A stretch of DNA of 64,000 nt from the human T2T-CHM13v2.0 reference genome, Homo sapiens. Each line of letters begins with the position of its first letter. Within the stretch, counting starts at the first letter, position 1. The notes below the pieces were generated by a model, which was given only the letters and a program-made list of their open reading frames with translations, was not told the DNA's origin and ran no database searches. The stretch is from NCBI GenBank assembly GCA_009914755.4, contig CP068257.2, positions 33,280,001-33,344,000 on the forward strand, in the 5' to 3' direction. The position numbers were made by a program, and so were the translations under genes. Of this stretch, positions 34,573 to 50,100 are shown one piece after another.

Positions 34573-37500
34573 GCATACCAGATAGTCCCCATCTTAATAA
34601 AGAATGAAGCTTGTGGAGGGGACAGTGGGAGATAGGGCTGCGTAGAGTGGTTGGATTTGTGTTCAAAGCGCCCTGAGAAGTCTGTACTGAATTCCTTAGG
34701 CAGTGGGGAGTGGAAGAGTCTTGAGCATTATAGCAATATGACAACATCTGAACTTTTAGGAAGCAAACTTGGCCATATGTAAGATGGACTGAAGTGGGGG
34801 AGGATAACCAATAAACTAGGAGCTTAAATAAGAAAAGGTAAGGACAGTGCAGATGTGGGAACATTAGAACTGCCTTGGAGCAAATGATAACCATGAGATT
34901 CCCATTTTGGATGATTGAGAGGGTGTTTTAATTTATAATGAAGGTAATTAATTTATAGAGAGTTGTATTCTTTTTATCTGTTTTCATGTAGAGTGCTTAT
35001 TACAGTATAGATGTTATAAACATGTTTATTGAGTAATATATGATAATAAATTAATGAATGAATGAAAGAGTAAGTGAAAGTTAGGAGGAGGAGCTGGTTT
35101 TGAGGAAAAGAGGACAAGTTATATTTTATACATTCTAAGTTTCAGGTGTTGGCAGGGCCCTCTGTAGAGATGTCCCCAGTTCAGACATAGCTTTCCAGTC
35201 CTCTTCAAACCTACCATTATACCACTGCTGGGTTGTGGGTTCTCCCCTCTAAACGACTACTTCCTGCATATCACTTTCCATATAGCTGATTTATGATTTT
35301 CTTTTAGAAAACCATGCCGGTGATCTTTACCTATGTAAAACAGTTACAATTTATTGAGGAGTCCATTATGTGATATCATTTGTGATACAATGTATCATTG
35401 AATCTTTATGGCTCCCTAATATTGGGGACAATATTATACCCCTTCTACTGAGGTTACTAACTCAAGTAGTAGAGTTGAGATTCAAATCCAAGTTGCCTTC
35501 CTTCTAAATTTTACCCCTGTTTGTTTCCCCACACTGTCTCTCACTACTAAGTGATACATTCTAGAAAATGCTCATGCCATGCTTCTGATCTCATGTTAAC
35601 CAACGGTGCCTAGTGGAACCTCATTACCCCCGGCATTTCCCATACTCCTCTCCCATTTACCCATTTCTCTCATCCATGATTTTCTGACCAATTAGCCAGT
35701 CTGTCCTACATTATACCCATCTCTCTTCTTATTGCATGTGCATCCTCTTTTATGCATTCACTTCTACTCCTATTTCTCACTTTAGTACGTACATGTACGT
35801 GTGCATAATGATCACATGCTTTTGAAGTGGTATTAAGAGAGTTTGCACAAAAATTGTGGGACAGATATGGGTATAATGTGGTGTGTGTTCACCCAAAGCT
35901 GTTGGCTTTAATCAGGATTGCAAAGCTATACACACAGGACATAACAGTTTATCTTGGAAAATTAGTGGTTGGGAACATCTCGATGGTGGACTTGTTTCAA
36001 ACTAAACACCTCTTCCTCAACCTTCAGTGCCCTTCTGCAGAGCTGTTAGTGCATGAGTACTGTGAGATGCGTCCTTGTTACATGCTACAAGTAGCCCCTC
36101 AGGTAGAAGCCAGTGTTTCCAAATGTCTACATAACTAGGTCAAATTACATCCAGAGCTAGGCTGTGTTGCTCTGATGTGTTTACACTTATTTTCCATTGA
36201 ATCTAAGTTTCTAATGTTTTAGGTCACTAACAATGAATCCAACATCTGACATTTTATGAGCGGTGGGATGTTATCAATCCTTCAGCAAGTTTTGATGTTT
36301 TTTTTATGACTTCTGGCAAGCTGGAGTCATTAGGATTTATTACCAGAAAAGGGAACAAATACTGTTGTTTTACTGTGTTCGACGTATAGTAGCTGAAAGT
36401 AGAGTATTTTCAAGACCTATGTTCCTTTTGAAATAAAAAGTTCCTAGGTCTTGCCTTGGTCTTTGGGTTGGCTGGGCATGCAGTACACTGCACTGAACTC
36501 ACTGGTGTGATGGACCCCGTTCACGCACCACTCCAGACCTTCCTGGCTCAGTGCCTGGGAGTTTGTCTTGCTTCTGGGTCTGGGTGGCCTTGGAAATGGG
36601 GCAAAGGATACTGTCATAAAGCCACAGCTGCTGCTATTGCCATCACAGACCAAAGAATTCCCATGTGTGATGCTCACTGACAAGAGGAGTCAGCTGTACC
36701 TATGTGCTACTTGGCCAGAACTTAGAGATGCTTGGATTTCCCAGTGGCTACCTGGGGGTTCCAGGTAACAACTTGCAAGTGCAGGGGGAATTAATACTGT
36801 ATTGGGTGAACTTTTGATCAATGAGAGGCAGTGGATAGGGAGAATCCAGCAGATAAGTTGCTTGCCTTTGTTCTAAGACACAGCAGATTCGTACAGCTTT
36901 TCTGCGTATGTCCTGAGAGAGCAAAGGCTTAGCTAAGTTTCTCATGAGCTGTGACTAGCTCTGTGCCTTTTCTTTTGCTTTCACTTTTACTTCCTTGGGA
37001 CTGTACACCCTGTTGCCCCACCCCAAAAAGCATATAAGCTTTTGAGTCAAGTTTTTTTTTAATTTTTTTTTAATCATCTTAGGCTAAGACACTTTTTGTC
37101 CCTTCTGTTAGATTTGAACTCTTGGAGGACTGAGGCCATGTCATTTTCATGTTTCTCTTGATTGCATCTAGATATTTATTGAAACCATGTTTGCTGAATG
37201 ACAATGTCTGGCTTACCACCCAAAGGAAGTTCAACAAAGGGGAGCAGAATCCCTCAATTCAGGGTGGCTTTGACATTCATGTCACACCCAACCTGCCACA
37301 CAAATATTGGTCCAGCTCGCTGTGTCTTGGCAGGTGATGGAAGCTTGGCCTTGGAGGCACCAAGGAGCTAAGAGGACTCCATGATATGAACACAAAGGTC
37401 GATTCACATGCTGGTGCTTTAGGGGGCATTAAAACCATTCCAGAGAAGCAGGAATAAAGAATATAGGAGCATCTTTGTGGACACTGGGTCTGCAGGTCTA

Positions 37501-38399
37501 GCAGTAACAGAGGAGGGCATAATGGATTCATGAGGTCAAAGCTGGGATGGACCTTGACTGTAATGAAAAGAGGCCATGAGGGTGTGAATCAGGGAAAGAG
37601 GATGAAGGCAGGGGTGGGAGTTGTGTTGAACAATTGGCAGATGATCCAGGAGGCTTCATAGGTTGAAGACTTTCAGCTACTCATTAGGAAACAGCAGGCA
37701 TATTCCTTCATTTTTCCCCTTTTTCATTTTTTAGACTTCCCCATATTCATTTTCCCTCTCTCTCCCTTACTGCTATTATTTTTTCATGTTTTTGATTCTG
37801 TCTTTATTCTACATTTGATGATTCAAAATGTGACATCTTTACATTTAATGAATTCTTAACCCAGTGGTATATGTTTTGAAGAGTGAAATTAATAAAGAGG
37901 CTTAGAGAGCAAATAGAAATACACTTCTATAATGAAAATAATCTGTCACTCATGCGTTAGCTGATTCTAGTTGATGTGTTCTTTGGGAGCCTGAAGACAA
38001 CCGAGAAATGGGTCCTACAGCTGTGAGCTCTCCTTCCACTGCCATGATTTCCTTCACGGAGTCATAGCATTGCTGATTCCTAACTGGGATGTGGTTGGAC
38101 TTAAACCTTGGTTTAAATCCTGACTCTGATATCCAAACATCCTAAGAGTCAAGTGCCTGGTTTCTTAGTTTCTGATTTTTTACACAGATAATACCTTCAC
38201 AAACACATACGGTATATGGAAGTTGAAGAAAGAAATGAAATAATGTTTAAATATGACTTTGAACATATTCAACAAAACTCTCGGGTTCAGGAATTTTAGT
38301 ATTGTGGTAAGAATATGATTGCTGTGAATGACAATAATAGTTGAGCTAGCCCTTCAGTGAACAAGTTGAGACACTTTTTTTTTTTGTAACCTGGTTAAC

Positions 38400-38625
38400 A
38401 TAGGGTTTCTCAACCTCAGAACTCTTGACATTTTGGGCTGGATGAATCATTGCTGTGGAGAGCTATGCTGTGTATTGTAGGATGTTTTGGCTCATCCCTA
38501 ACCCCTACCTATTAGATGCCATTAGCCTCCCCTACTCCTGATGTCACATCCAAAAATGTCTCCTGACATTGCCAAATGTCCCTTCCTGGGTAAAATCTTT
38601 CCCAGGTGAGAACCACTGGGATACA
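38400..38625 (-). mobile_element. MER5A (hAT-Charlie non-autonomous DNA transposon), minus orientation
   Basis: CATAGGGTTTCTCAACCTCAGAACTCTTGACATTTTGGGCTGGATGAATCATTGCTGTGGAGAGCTATGCTGTGTATTGTAGGATGTTTTGGCTCATCCCTAACCCCTACCTATTAGATGCCATTAGCCTCCCCTACTCCTGATGTCACATCCAAAAATGTCTCCTGACATTGCCAAATGTCCCTTCCTGGGTAAAATCTTTCCCAGGTGAGAACCACTGGGATAC. This matches reverse-complement MER5A (CAGGGTTTCTCAACCTCGGCACTATTGACATTTTGGGCCGGATAATTCTTTGTTGTGGGG...GGATGTTTAGCAGCATCCCTGGCCTCTACCCACTAGATGCCAGTAGCA...AAAAATGTCTCCAGACATTGCCAAATGTCCCCTGGGGGGCAAAATCGCCCCCGGTTGAGAACCACTG). Confidence 0.8.
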
Positions 38626-40023
38626 GCATGTCCACTAGAGCTATAGTTTTCCTCCTTATATTAACGTGTTGACTAAAACTTAAAAAGCAAACATAATAGA
38701 TACCTCCAAACAGCAAATGGGCTAATGCAGTTGGTATACACAACAGTACATCTGCCAATGTTTATACATAGCACACGGCTGTACTCAGCTGCAGCCAGTG
38801 ACAAACAGAATTCGGAGTTTACTTTCAGTCCACACTAAGAGGGGACTAACATGGCGGGATAAAAAGCCAGGAGACCCCCCTTCCCAGAAGCCCCCCTTTG
38901 AATCACAACACATATGTGAGTAATGACTGTGAATTGAATTTATGACTCAAGTGCTGTTTGTCTGCATACATCAAATAAAATTTGAGACTTAAAGACACAA
39001 GCTGCCATGTTCGTTTCCCCCCTCATATTCATTTGTGATAACTACTTAGAATTCAGCCCCCCTCTTTTTTTAAAAAAAATAGCACTCTGTCATTTCCAGA
39101 AAATGTTTTAAATTAGTACAAAACTTGGCTAAATTTAGCTTTTATAGAAGAAAGAATAAAACATAATTAACTGTTTAAAGAAGAAAACAGAAACCACATG
39201 AAGGAATGAGACTTGCTGGCGAGAAATCTAACAGTAGTGCTTGGTAGCTAACCCATCTCCTGTGTAACAGATGTTCACGAATTTAAATGGAAACAGGATG
39301 GGCGTCCCCATAGAAGGCATTTGTGATAAAAAGCTGCTAACTGTGTAAATGTACGAGGCTGCTACAGGTGTGGCATCTCATCTAATTGCCCAGGGATGGG
39401 ACTGCAAGAACACTCGAATGCACAAAGCAAAAGAAAGTCTCAGCATGGCAAGAAATATCGACAGATAGAACGCTTAGCAGGATCCTGGCCGGGAGACCCC
39501 ATGGGTGCAGTCTGCTTGCTGTAATTGCCGGCTGGAGTGGAAAAGAAAAGACTCTGTTTTAAAGCTCTCGAAGCATTCGTCTCTGGTTTTAGCAGAACAT
39601 ATAACATCTTCTGTAATTTCTATGTAAATACTTGACAGTTGAAAAGAATTCTTTTTTTTTCTTCCTATCCAGACTATAATTTATGGTGGTTTAGTGGGAA
39701 AAGGGGTTAATTTGATTTAAAAACTGAAAATGATTCTCTATTTGGCTTTTTAAAAAGTATTTATTTAAAAAACTCTGCACAGAACAGACAGAGGGGAGAC
39801 AAAGGATTCTATTGTATGACTGACCTAGGCGTGCCATGTCTCTTTGCTCCCTACACAGACAGAGGCCTGGCCTGAAGCACGCAAGATTATGCACACATGG
39901 GTCCAATCTTTGTCACCTGTCACCTAATAAAGCCTCACTGAATCAAAGACTAGGTTATCATTTATTCTGCTGGACTGACTTATGCAACATTCTCTGTTTA
40001 ATGTCATCTTTTCTTAATACTCA

Positions 40024-40058
40024 ATTATTATTATTATTGTTATTGTTACTGTAATATT
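40024..40058. repeat. (ATT)n/(GTT)n microsatellite
   Basis: attattattattgttattgttactg. Confidence 0.85.
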
Positions 40059-40111
40059 TAAAAACACAGATGGACCTGGGAACATGCCATTGTAACATTG
40101 TGGCCATCAGC

Positions 40112-40131
40112 CAAAAAAAAAAAAAAAAAAA
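40112..40131. repeat. Poly(A) tract (A20)
   Basis: cagccaaaaaaaaaaaaaaaaaaaaggtac. Confidence 0.9.
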
Positions 40132-41290
40132 GGTACAATAATCTATTGTTGAGCTGGAACTCCTCCAGTGACTCATAGGCTCTGGGGATAATGTCTCTGA
40201 AATCATGCCTATAAGTTAATCGATGAAGTTTTCTTTTATTCCTCAGTATATACATTTTATCTCCTTTGTAAGATACAACTTAATAATAAATTAAATAACT
40301 ATCAAGCATATTGCAAGATTACCTTATTAACAGTCACTTTTTATGTGAAGTCGCTCTAAATATTCAAGGAATAGTTTCTTTCCATTGGAAAAAATTTCTG
40401 AGAAATTGGATCAGAAAGTTTTTTGAGGCTCAATGTGGGGTTCTGGGCTCATCTTTTATACCTGCTTCTATGAGGTGGTGCAGTTTCCCATGAAAAAAAA
40501 AAAAACCAGAAAGAAAAGATACAATACCCTGTTGCCTGGGTGCAGGAAGAAAGAGAACATCCCCGCTGACCCAGTGATCCTAGTTTTCTCCTGCCTTTCC
40601 GGAGATTTTCAACAGAAAATGCCAGGCAAGGTTGAGCTTTCTTTTTCTAAAATTGTTTTCTCTTTGACTCATGGATTTAATGGTAACACAAAAGGTCCCC
40701 TTCTCTAGAAGAAATTGGAAGTTAAATTTATCATCTCTTCTTTTACATATTTTCCCCAACATGCCAAATCTTAGTTCATTGAGGGCTTCGATAATGCAGG
40801 CAGTCCTGCATTTCAGATATGCATAGTGCCGTGCCATTTAGTGACATGTATGGGTTCTGCAGTTTACATTTTGATTAATAGGAGCAATTAATAAATCATG
40901 AGTTACATAATATCCACACAGTGAAAAGCCTCAAAGTTACCATGAAGTGATTGAGATATTAAATGCCTATATGTATTGAATATGATTTTTTTGAAGTAGT
41001 CTCATGCCAGTTATCTTCCCAGGAGAAGTAAAATTGTTCTGCTTATCTTCTTTCACTGAGTCATCCCCATCAAAACAACAAGTAAGTGACTCCTCCTCAG
41101 AACTTAATATTTAACTAAACTCTTTCAGTTACTAATTAAGGGATAAATTAGGTTCCTATTAGAATGAAAAATCGGAATGGCTTTATTCTCTCTTAACCTT
41201 AGATACATTCTCTCAGTCTAATATCTTGCTCAGGGTCTAATGCAGACAAGTTTTATTTTATAGTTCTCTCATTTTCTTTCTGCTCTGCAA

Positions 41291-41392
41291 TCCTCCTCCT
41301 CCTCCTCTTACACCTCCTCCTTCTCCTCCTTCTTCTTCCTCCTCCCTCTCTTCCTTCTCCTCCTCTTCCTCCTTCTTTTATTCTTGGAAATT
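41291..41392. repeat. Polypyrimidine (CTC/CTT-rich) tract of about 100 bp
   Basis: tcctcctcctcctcctcttacacctcctccttctcctccttcttcttcctcctccctctcttccttctcctcctcttcctccttctttta. Confidence 0.9.
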
Positions 41393-44300
41393 AATGCTTT
41401 GCTATATGTGGAGATCTTCCTGACCTGCCAAATGACACATCGTCTGAAAATGATGAACACACATTGTTTAAAAATGAGGCTGGAAACTTGGCCCTTCATT
41501 AAAACCTCTGTAACAGATAACATTCTGTTTCTTCTCAGTATTTTGTTGTGCTTGATATAATCATTTATTACAATCCCTATTATGTTTTTGCTTGCACATA
41601 GAGTAGCAGAAGGAATAACCTTCTGATAGTAACTTTTCATCAGATAGGCTCCTGAGAATAATCTGATGGTAAAATGTGATCTTGGTTTTGTTACCTATGT
41701 GTCAAAGTGTTGAGATCAAGGGACTTTATTCTTCCACTGGCAAAACTCATAGTTACAACATTTTTCTAGATTCGGCTCAAACAGCGGCAAATTTCTTATT
41801 TTAAATGTTCCCTTCACAAAACTTTTATAGATGAAATGTATAAATAAATCAGATGACTAGTTCATGAACATACTCTGCCAGTATCTGATACTTTGTAAAA
41901 ACAAGTAAATGGTTGCTGTATCTAATAGATGCCTTCTACATTAGAGAATCGTAATGGATCAAATGTTAGATTTTCCACAAAAAATTATCCTCTGGAACAA
42001 AACAGTTCAAGAAATAGAATGTGATACTTTGCTAGGCTCAACAGATACACTTTTTTATTCTAACAGCTGCCTCTGCAGACAACAGCATCAGATGAACAAA
42101 TATTATTTTCATAGCAGAAATGGTCATGTCTGCTGGGCTGCCAATTGACGATGCAGTCATTTTGCCTCTGTGTAGCTTTATCTACTACTAAAATAGACTT
42201 TGATTCTTCCATTGGAGAAGAATATAATGATCATGTGTGATATGTAGGAAAGTTACACGTTCATAGCAGAAAACACGTAAGAGAGAGTTTGCCCAGGCAA
42301 ATCCGGGTCCACCTGCCATATCAGAATGAGAGAAGAAAGAGGGGCCCTCTAGTCTCAGTCTTGAGCACCTTAAATACACACTAGCACTTAGGCCCCAGGG
42401 AGGTTTGGAACATAAGCACCAAAAATCCCCCCACTGCAACAGGGGCTAACTAGAGAGGACCTAAAAAAACCTTTCCATCCAGGGAGTTGAAACATATCTG
42501 TGAAAACAATAGCTTGTGGAAGCTGTTGTTTTAGGGAAGATGTGTTAGGGAAGATCCCAACCAGCGTCTATAAGAGTGGTTTGGAAAGTTCTGGAACATT
42601 TCAAATGCTGTGATCTTTGTATCACTTTGTTTCCAGGTTTTTTTATTTTTATTTTTTCTTCCTCCCAGACAAGACCTTTCAGGTTAGCCCAACGATTGCG
42701 CAACATGTAACCAAGCATGCCTCTCCCCTTCCTATTTTCTTTTGTTTTTAATTTAAAGGGAAATCAACAGCCGCCACCCATTTCATGATTGCAATGATGA
42801 GGCTGGAGCATTTCAGCCTCATAACTTTTCTGGATTCTTTTCCGTGTCCAAACAGATTTTTGTAAAAAAATCATGTTAGTTTTTTCTGGTACACAGTAAA
42901 TTCCGATGGTTTTTTTGCTGTGCATGCCTCATGGGTGGTATGAGTTGAGAAAAAAATGCCAGAAAGTGGCTACTGAGAATCTTGTGGAATGGAAGCTGTC
43001 AATGGGATGGGGAAACATTAATGCTTTATGAGGAAAATTAATGATGGCAGTTTCCACATGAGCCCCAGCCTAGACTTCTTGGACCCTAAGTAAAGAGTTC
43101 CATGTGATCTCCCAAGTGGTACACAGCCATTCGTTCTTTAATGTCCCAGTTAAAAGTGTTTTATGTTAATCATCAAAATCTAGAATTTCTCAAGCGAAGT
43201 TCTAAACACACAGAAAATAATAAATGGCACCCAGCAGGAATAATTTTCCTCATGGTTTTTAACATCAGTTCTCTGATAGCGCAATGCTCATGTTCTTACA
43301 TGTATGAGTGCAGGTGAATACACATATATACATATACATTCTCTAACCCAGAGATGAATTAAAAAGGAGAATTTTCATCCTATGTGCTTTATGCCCTAAG
43401 TCAGAGTTGAGGGAAGAAACAAGATCAGCTACATTGAGTTTTATTCTAGGAGCAAAAGGCTTGTAAACTCTTCAGAAGTCTCTCCCCTAACCAGTTCCAC
43501 TTAGCCTTGAACTGTGCTGCTCCCCACATGAGGTAAGAAGACGCTTCATCTAGAACTTTCAGAAGTGGTGCAGGAATTTAGACACACTTAGGGAATAGCA
43601 GGCATCTCCTCCATTGATCTCAGAAACCTTTGGTTTGTGTTTTTGGCTTTTTCAAAAATATATTTGCTCCCTTCAAGTTGGACTGAAATAAACTCAGGTC
43701 TAGGTTGCCTTCTCAATGGCAGCAATGAGCCAGTACTATTAAAATATCAGCACAGAGAACTAGAAATGTCGGATCTTGTCACTGCCATAGAAGAATTGTG
43801 GCTACCACTTCTATGCAGAGTATGGAATGGTCTTTCCTCAGGTTCCTGTATGCTAAAGGTCCGGACAGAATTACTCTGTCCCTTTCTCTAGCCTCAGTCA
43901 TCTGACCAGTGTGTGAACAACAAGAATATCCTCTGATAAGCCTTCGTCCACGATTGTGACAACCCTGTGTTCCCTCTAATGTCCAGGAGTCCCTCTGGCT
44001 CCCTTTAGCCTCTGTGCCTCCAGGGTGCCTGTGGTAGGAGCAGAGGGAGCTAGTGACTCCCTGCTGATGCTAACCGTATTCTAAACCACTAGTATAGTCT
44101 CCCTCCTTTCCTCTTGGAATTTCTCTCTTCCTGCAGCAACTCCTGGAACTCCTCCTGAATACAATCCACCTGCTGTTTTGTAAGAATAGCTCTCTGTTCT
44201 TTCATGTGGGTTCGGATTTTTGCCCAATTCAACACATCCTGAGCAGGGCATCTAACTTCACTACACAGAGAGCCTGGCTGTGAGACACAAAGACCTACAC

Positions 44301-46802
44301 AAACATGGGACCAAAGAAACATACTTTGCTTTGTGGGTCTTAACATAATCTACCAATCGGTCTTTCAAAATTCTTGTCTTCTCATGTATGACATGTTAAG
44401 ACTCTTACTAAAGAACTCACTTAAATGTCAGCCCATATACTCTACAAAAAAATGTTTTATCTCTATTCACCTCCATTCTTTTTGAAGGTGATTTTACTAA
44501 AGCCAGATAACTGAAATATTAATGTATAGAATCTAATTTCTTAATGGTATGGAAGGCTGAAAATAGTTTTATTGTTTGATGTTGAGCTATAGATGATGAT
44601 TTCTTTTTCTTTTATTTTTTTCCTTTTTTTTTTTTTTGAAGGTTGGAAGATTCTTTAATGAGAGACATATGCAGCAAGTTAAAGCTTGTAAGCTTACTTC
44701 ATCTCAGTAATGCAGAAAACTCCTTAAACTGTTGATTTTCTTTTGGAGGGCACTCTGAACTATGCAAAATATCATCTGATTCCTCAAGGAAAACTAGGAA
44801 ACAATGAAGAAAAAGTACCTTCAAACTTTATGAATGTCTCGGCCACCCCCTGCTGCATCCATCAAATACCAGATTGAATTAGTGAGATTCAAATACCAGA
44901 GATTTTATGGTAATGGGATATTTAGAAATCATTCCCCGAGGTTCCGCCTATGTTGGAGTGAGCCTGTGTGCTCACAGTGATAGAATTTGGGGCTAGATCC
45001 CAGTGTTGGTTCAATTATTAGGCTAGGTGATCTTCCACAGCTTATTTTAAATTGCAGTTTTCCAAGATTTATAAGACTGCATTTTTGGACTTTCTCTAAT
45101 GCACTCAAGCAAAAAAAAAAAAATCATTTGCCTGTACACTGATGACTATACCTGGTAAGGCTATATAAATGTGTACAAATTTGTACCAATACTTTAACTT
45201 TATTGGTTCACTTGCAGGTTTCATAGTCACTTGACCGTCATTCACCATTTACCTCCAGATGCCTTTCTTCCCTCTGCTCTGAGCTCAGGTACAAGTGTCC
45301 ATTATTGCTCTAAGAGCTAGTCTTGACTGGGCTTAATTGATATTTCCATTAGTCTGATGAATACAAATGGCATTAAATACCAGGATCAGACACAAAGTGA
45401 ATATGAGTGATCCTTTGCAGCCACCTGGGAAGGGTGAGTGGGGATTTTTAAGGCATAGTGGTGAGGACAATTAGCAGGGCTAATGTACCCTTTCCATGGT
45501 TGAGATGACACCAGATGCCCCTCTCTTGCTGGCATTCAGTGCACAATGAAGTCTGCATTGATCTAGATGGCAAACCACATTGGTTTCAGAGCCAGGAGGC
45601 TCCACTCAGCATGGCACAACTTTGTGTTATGAGAGGAAAAGAGTGAGGCAGCAAGTGAGCTTAGAGCCTTGGGTCAGGTTGAAGGAAAGTTTCCCTCTTT
45701 CTCCCCGGACCAGATGCACATATCAACTGTGAACCCTGAAGTCAAGTCAAGCTCCTAGGACTGCCTCCCTGTGTTGGGCTGAGGGCAGCGAGTACGCCTT
45801 GGCAGCTTTTAACCCGTGTCCCTTCTGCCTGCATTGGCACGCGGTCAATCTCTGAGCAGTTGGGGGATATGGAAAGCATAAAGGGGAAGGATCCACAGGG
45901 ACAATCAATCATGTCATCAAGATCAGCTTCTGAAGGAAACAAGCACAAATGCTTCAGTGAAAACAAACTAATTTCATTCTGACTGTTCTACTGTTCGGGG
46001 TTTTATGACTGTGTTTTTCACCCTGTGTGGAAAAATACAAAGAACTGCCCAGGAACTGAAAAACAGAAAAGAATCTGTCTTGAGGAACATTTCCCCCTTT
46101 AACTTCTTTGCTGTCTTTACCAGATGTACCCATCCAGGCTCCAACATGAACCACACAATGGACCTTAGGCCCATTCCAGCACACAATAACTCAACAAAGG
46201 ATGCTTAAAACATTAAAAGGATCTTTACTATCCTCTTGGCAAAGTACTTCACATGAATTGCCAGTTTTCCAGTTGTTACACCAAAGAAAGATAAGGGGAT
46301 CAACGGATCAAAATCCATCTTACTTCATACAAAAGACAGAAGTTGTTATAGAAAGCCAATATGGCTTGGGGAGGGAACATGGAGTCAGTCCCGGTGTGGG
46401 GTCAATGATTTTACCAGGTGATATTCCTTCAGTTGTTTATGTTGATGTTTTTTCACCCCCTAAAGAGACTCAGAGATAAATAAAATTCAGTCTTTGGGGT
46501 TGCTCTAAAGCACTCAAGTAAAAATTACCTGATTATTGGCAACTGGATTTTGCAAAATTGTGGGGAGAAAATTTGGAACCCTCGCAAATCCTCCTACACA
46601 AATGTTGAGCTAAATATTTTCACTTTATGCTCGCCTGACAGAGATAGTAGTGGTGAAAGTTACAGAGAGATTTGCCGATATAGAGCATTTGCTTATATCA
46701 CACCCTTTCTCTTTTCCCCAAATCTTTTCCTTTTTAATAGCGTAGGAAGAAAAAAAAGGAGTTTAAGGAAATAATTTCTTGTGCTTACTATAGCCCTCAA
46801 GA

Positions 46803-47100
<298 letters not shown>

Positions 47101-50100
47101 CCAACAATTTTCTTATTCTTTGAGTTTCTCACTCGTACTAAACAAAACTAGAGAATTCCCCTGAATTACACAGGAATCTGGGTAAAGTTGTATAGATTCA
47201 GACCATGTGATACTTCTTCAGCCATTCTTCTGAGAATTTGGCAAGGAGACTATAAGTTTTGATTGGTTAATATTTGTGTGGGTACGAATGCCAGCACTGA
47301 AATATGTGGTTAAATATTGTATTGCTTTGGGTGGTTGGCCTCATGTGAGTGCTTCCTCTAGCACAAATGTCATTTGGCAAACTTGGTTCTCACAGTTCAA
47401 ATGAAATCTATGGAGGAAGAGGAGAGCCTGTCGTCTCCTCTTAGGACAGATGGCACATGCTGCAGTGTGAATGGCAGAATTGGGGAGGCCTAGGTCTGGG
47501 TTTTTGTGGCTAGAGAATATACTAACCATCAGAATCATGTTGTGGCCATTAATAGGATTATCTTATTTTCAGTAATTACTAACTATACTATATGAGAGAC
47601 AGATAGTATAATAACTAATGACTAACTATATGAAAGACAGTTTAATGTTAATACCTCCACTCTGAATGAATTGCTTGTTTAACAGATGGCTTCTGACTTA
47701 TTGGGAAGTTGTTAGAACATCAAAGCACAGTTTATGAGGCCTGGCAAATTATGTATCTGAGTTTAGCCTTTTGTTTCCAATGTTACCTTCTAAATGATCT
47801 GTTTCATAACTAAGATTAATATGAGCACAGTTAAATAAGTTATTTCATGGAGAACAGGCATGCCAATATAGATATTATCAAGATGTATAATTTGCCAAAA
47901 ATATTTGTTGAGTATCTGTGATGTGCCAGCCATACAGTGGTAAACATTTATTGATCACTTACAGATATGAACTATAGTATGCACACATCTACAGTTTCAG
48001 ATGGACTATAGTATCATAGTTACATAAAATACAGCCAAAGGCATCCTAGAATTTTTCTTTTTCAAAAATAAAACAATTCTACAATCTCACAAACATATTC
48101 GGGTCCATTTCTCTGTGCTTACAAACATGCTCAGGCTTGCCCAATGAGTGGAACCCACCATCCTTTGACCTTGGCCTTGCAGCCTAGTTTCTTTGAGAGT
48201 ACATTTTCCCCTACCAACTCCTCCGCCACATACCCCACAAAAAGCAGCCTCATTTTCCACCTCCAAATTCTCACTATCTTCCACTCCTCAGCCCCAGGAA
48301 CCTGCTTTTTACTCCCACTGCTCTCCTGAAATTGCTTTCTCAAATGTCAAAGTACCACCAGTTGATTCAATTCTTCCCTCCCAGACTTCTCTGCAACACC
48401 CTTGAAAATGCCCTCCTTGAAAAGCTCTCTATCCTTGGTATGTTCTCCACACTGTGGCAACTCGAGACTTTTCTTCACCTCTCTGACAGTTCCTTTCATC
48501 TTCTTTGTTCTTGCTCCCTAAAGTAAGATTCTTTAAGGCTTTCTTTGCTCTCTGTGTACAACCTTCTTGTAGAATTGGGTATTTCCTGGGCTTTGACTAT
48601 TGTATCTATGAATGTGAACTATCGAAGCTCTTTCTCCAGATCTGGCTTCTCTTCAGACTCCAGTCCCATGTCTTCATTTGCTACCTGGAAGCCTCACCTC
48701 ATGATGAGTTTGGGAACTCAACATATCCCAAAGCAAACTCATTGACTGCTTCTCACCAAGGATCTTCTCTTCCTGGTTTTCCAGGTTTGGATGCGTTCTC
48801 CTGTTCTCCTAGAGGGTTCTCCCTCTTAATTAGTTGCCCAATTCTGTCCATTCTACCTTCACTATAACAAGTGACTGTCCCACTTTTAGTTAGTCCTGCC
48901 ACCTCCTCTCTTCAGCTCTTCATGAATTCCCTCTCTGAACTGCTCTCCCTCATGCCAGTCTCTTTCCACTCTGTTCCGTGCCTCACACGTTTTGCAGATG
49001 AACCTTGCCAAAGAAATGATATCACTGTGACATTTCTGTCTTCACAAATGCCTTATTCTATCCTGACCCTCCAAATTAATGTTTTTAACCTTTTCTCCTG
49101 CTCTTTCTCAAGCATGTAGCCATGGTCCCACAAATACCATGGGCTTGGGGGGAGGTTCAGATCACATAGCACATTCCCCTCTCTGTCCCCTTGTATATGC
49201 CCCTAGAGCTGTGTGGACTCTCCTCCTTCACACTTCTGCACTTGCCATCCTTCAAGGCCCAGTTCTGTTGACATAGTCTCCAGGAAGACTTCCTCTTTTG
49301 GTGATGTTTGAGAAGTTACAATAAGGTGCTGTACTTTTCCATAGCTCGGCTTGATTCATGTGCTATATAAAAAAAAAGACTGTAGAGGGTCTCATAGCAA
49401 TACAGCAACAGGTGGTTGATGAATCAATTTAGGAAGTGGCTGCTGGGGGCAGAGCTTTATTTATCAAAGGGTACAGCTTTGCAAGCTGAGTGTACAAGAG
49501 CTTCCTGGGTCAGGGCTGTCTGGTGACCTACAGACATGGATGGGGTGGCAGTCATAAGTGAGTTTGGGCTGTGACATTTTGGCTTTCTCTAGGTTTTCTC
49601 ATTTATCACAAAGGGACTGGTAATTCCTATGTGACTCTACATGTAGGCATCACATGTCGCTGAGCTCCAGAGAAAAGGCAAGCTCGTCCACCTTCAGACT
49701 CATGCACTTGCATCCCACTAGGTCCTCCCTTGGGTCTGTAATGAGCTACTTCTCCTCACCTTAGTTAAGCAGTTTCATTCTTTACAGACCACCTCAAAGG
49801 CCAATTCTACCATGGTCTTTCTTCAACCCATAGTCATAACACTCTCTCCCTCTTCTGGTCACACATGGCACTCTATCTGTGCCTCAAGTGGTTCAATGAC
49901 TGTTCTCCCTGGCTTTGCATGTGTCATCTTACCAAATGGATTATAAGATGTTTGAGTCTGGAGACTAAATTTTATTTATTATTATAATGCACAATATAGC
50001 CCTGTGTTCATAGCTGGAATTTAATACATGTTAGTTGAATAAACATTGAAGGATGAAGTTTCAGATTTTTTTGGCTACCATTACTCTCAGCTATGTTGAT

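Noticed and set aside
36440-36770. Cluster of overlapping ORFs on both strands, with a CAGGTAAC donor-like site near 36765, as a candidate exon
   Set aside because: The multi-frame, both-strand openness simply reflects GC-rich composition. A lone donor-like hexamer is not informative without an acceptor, a conserved frame or transcript evidence.
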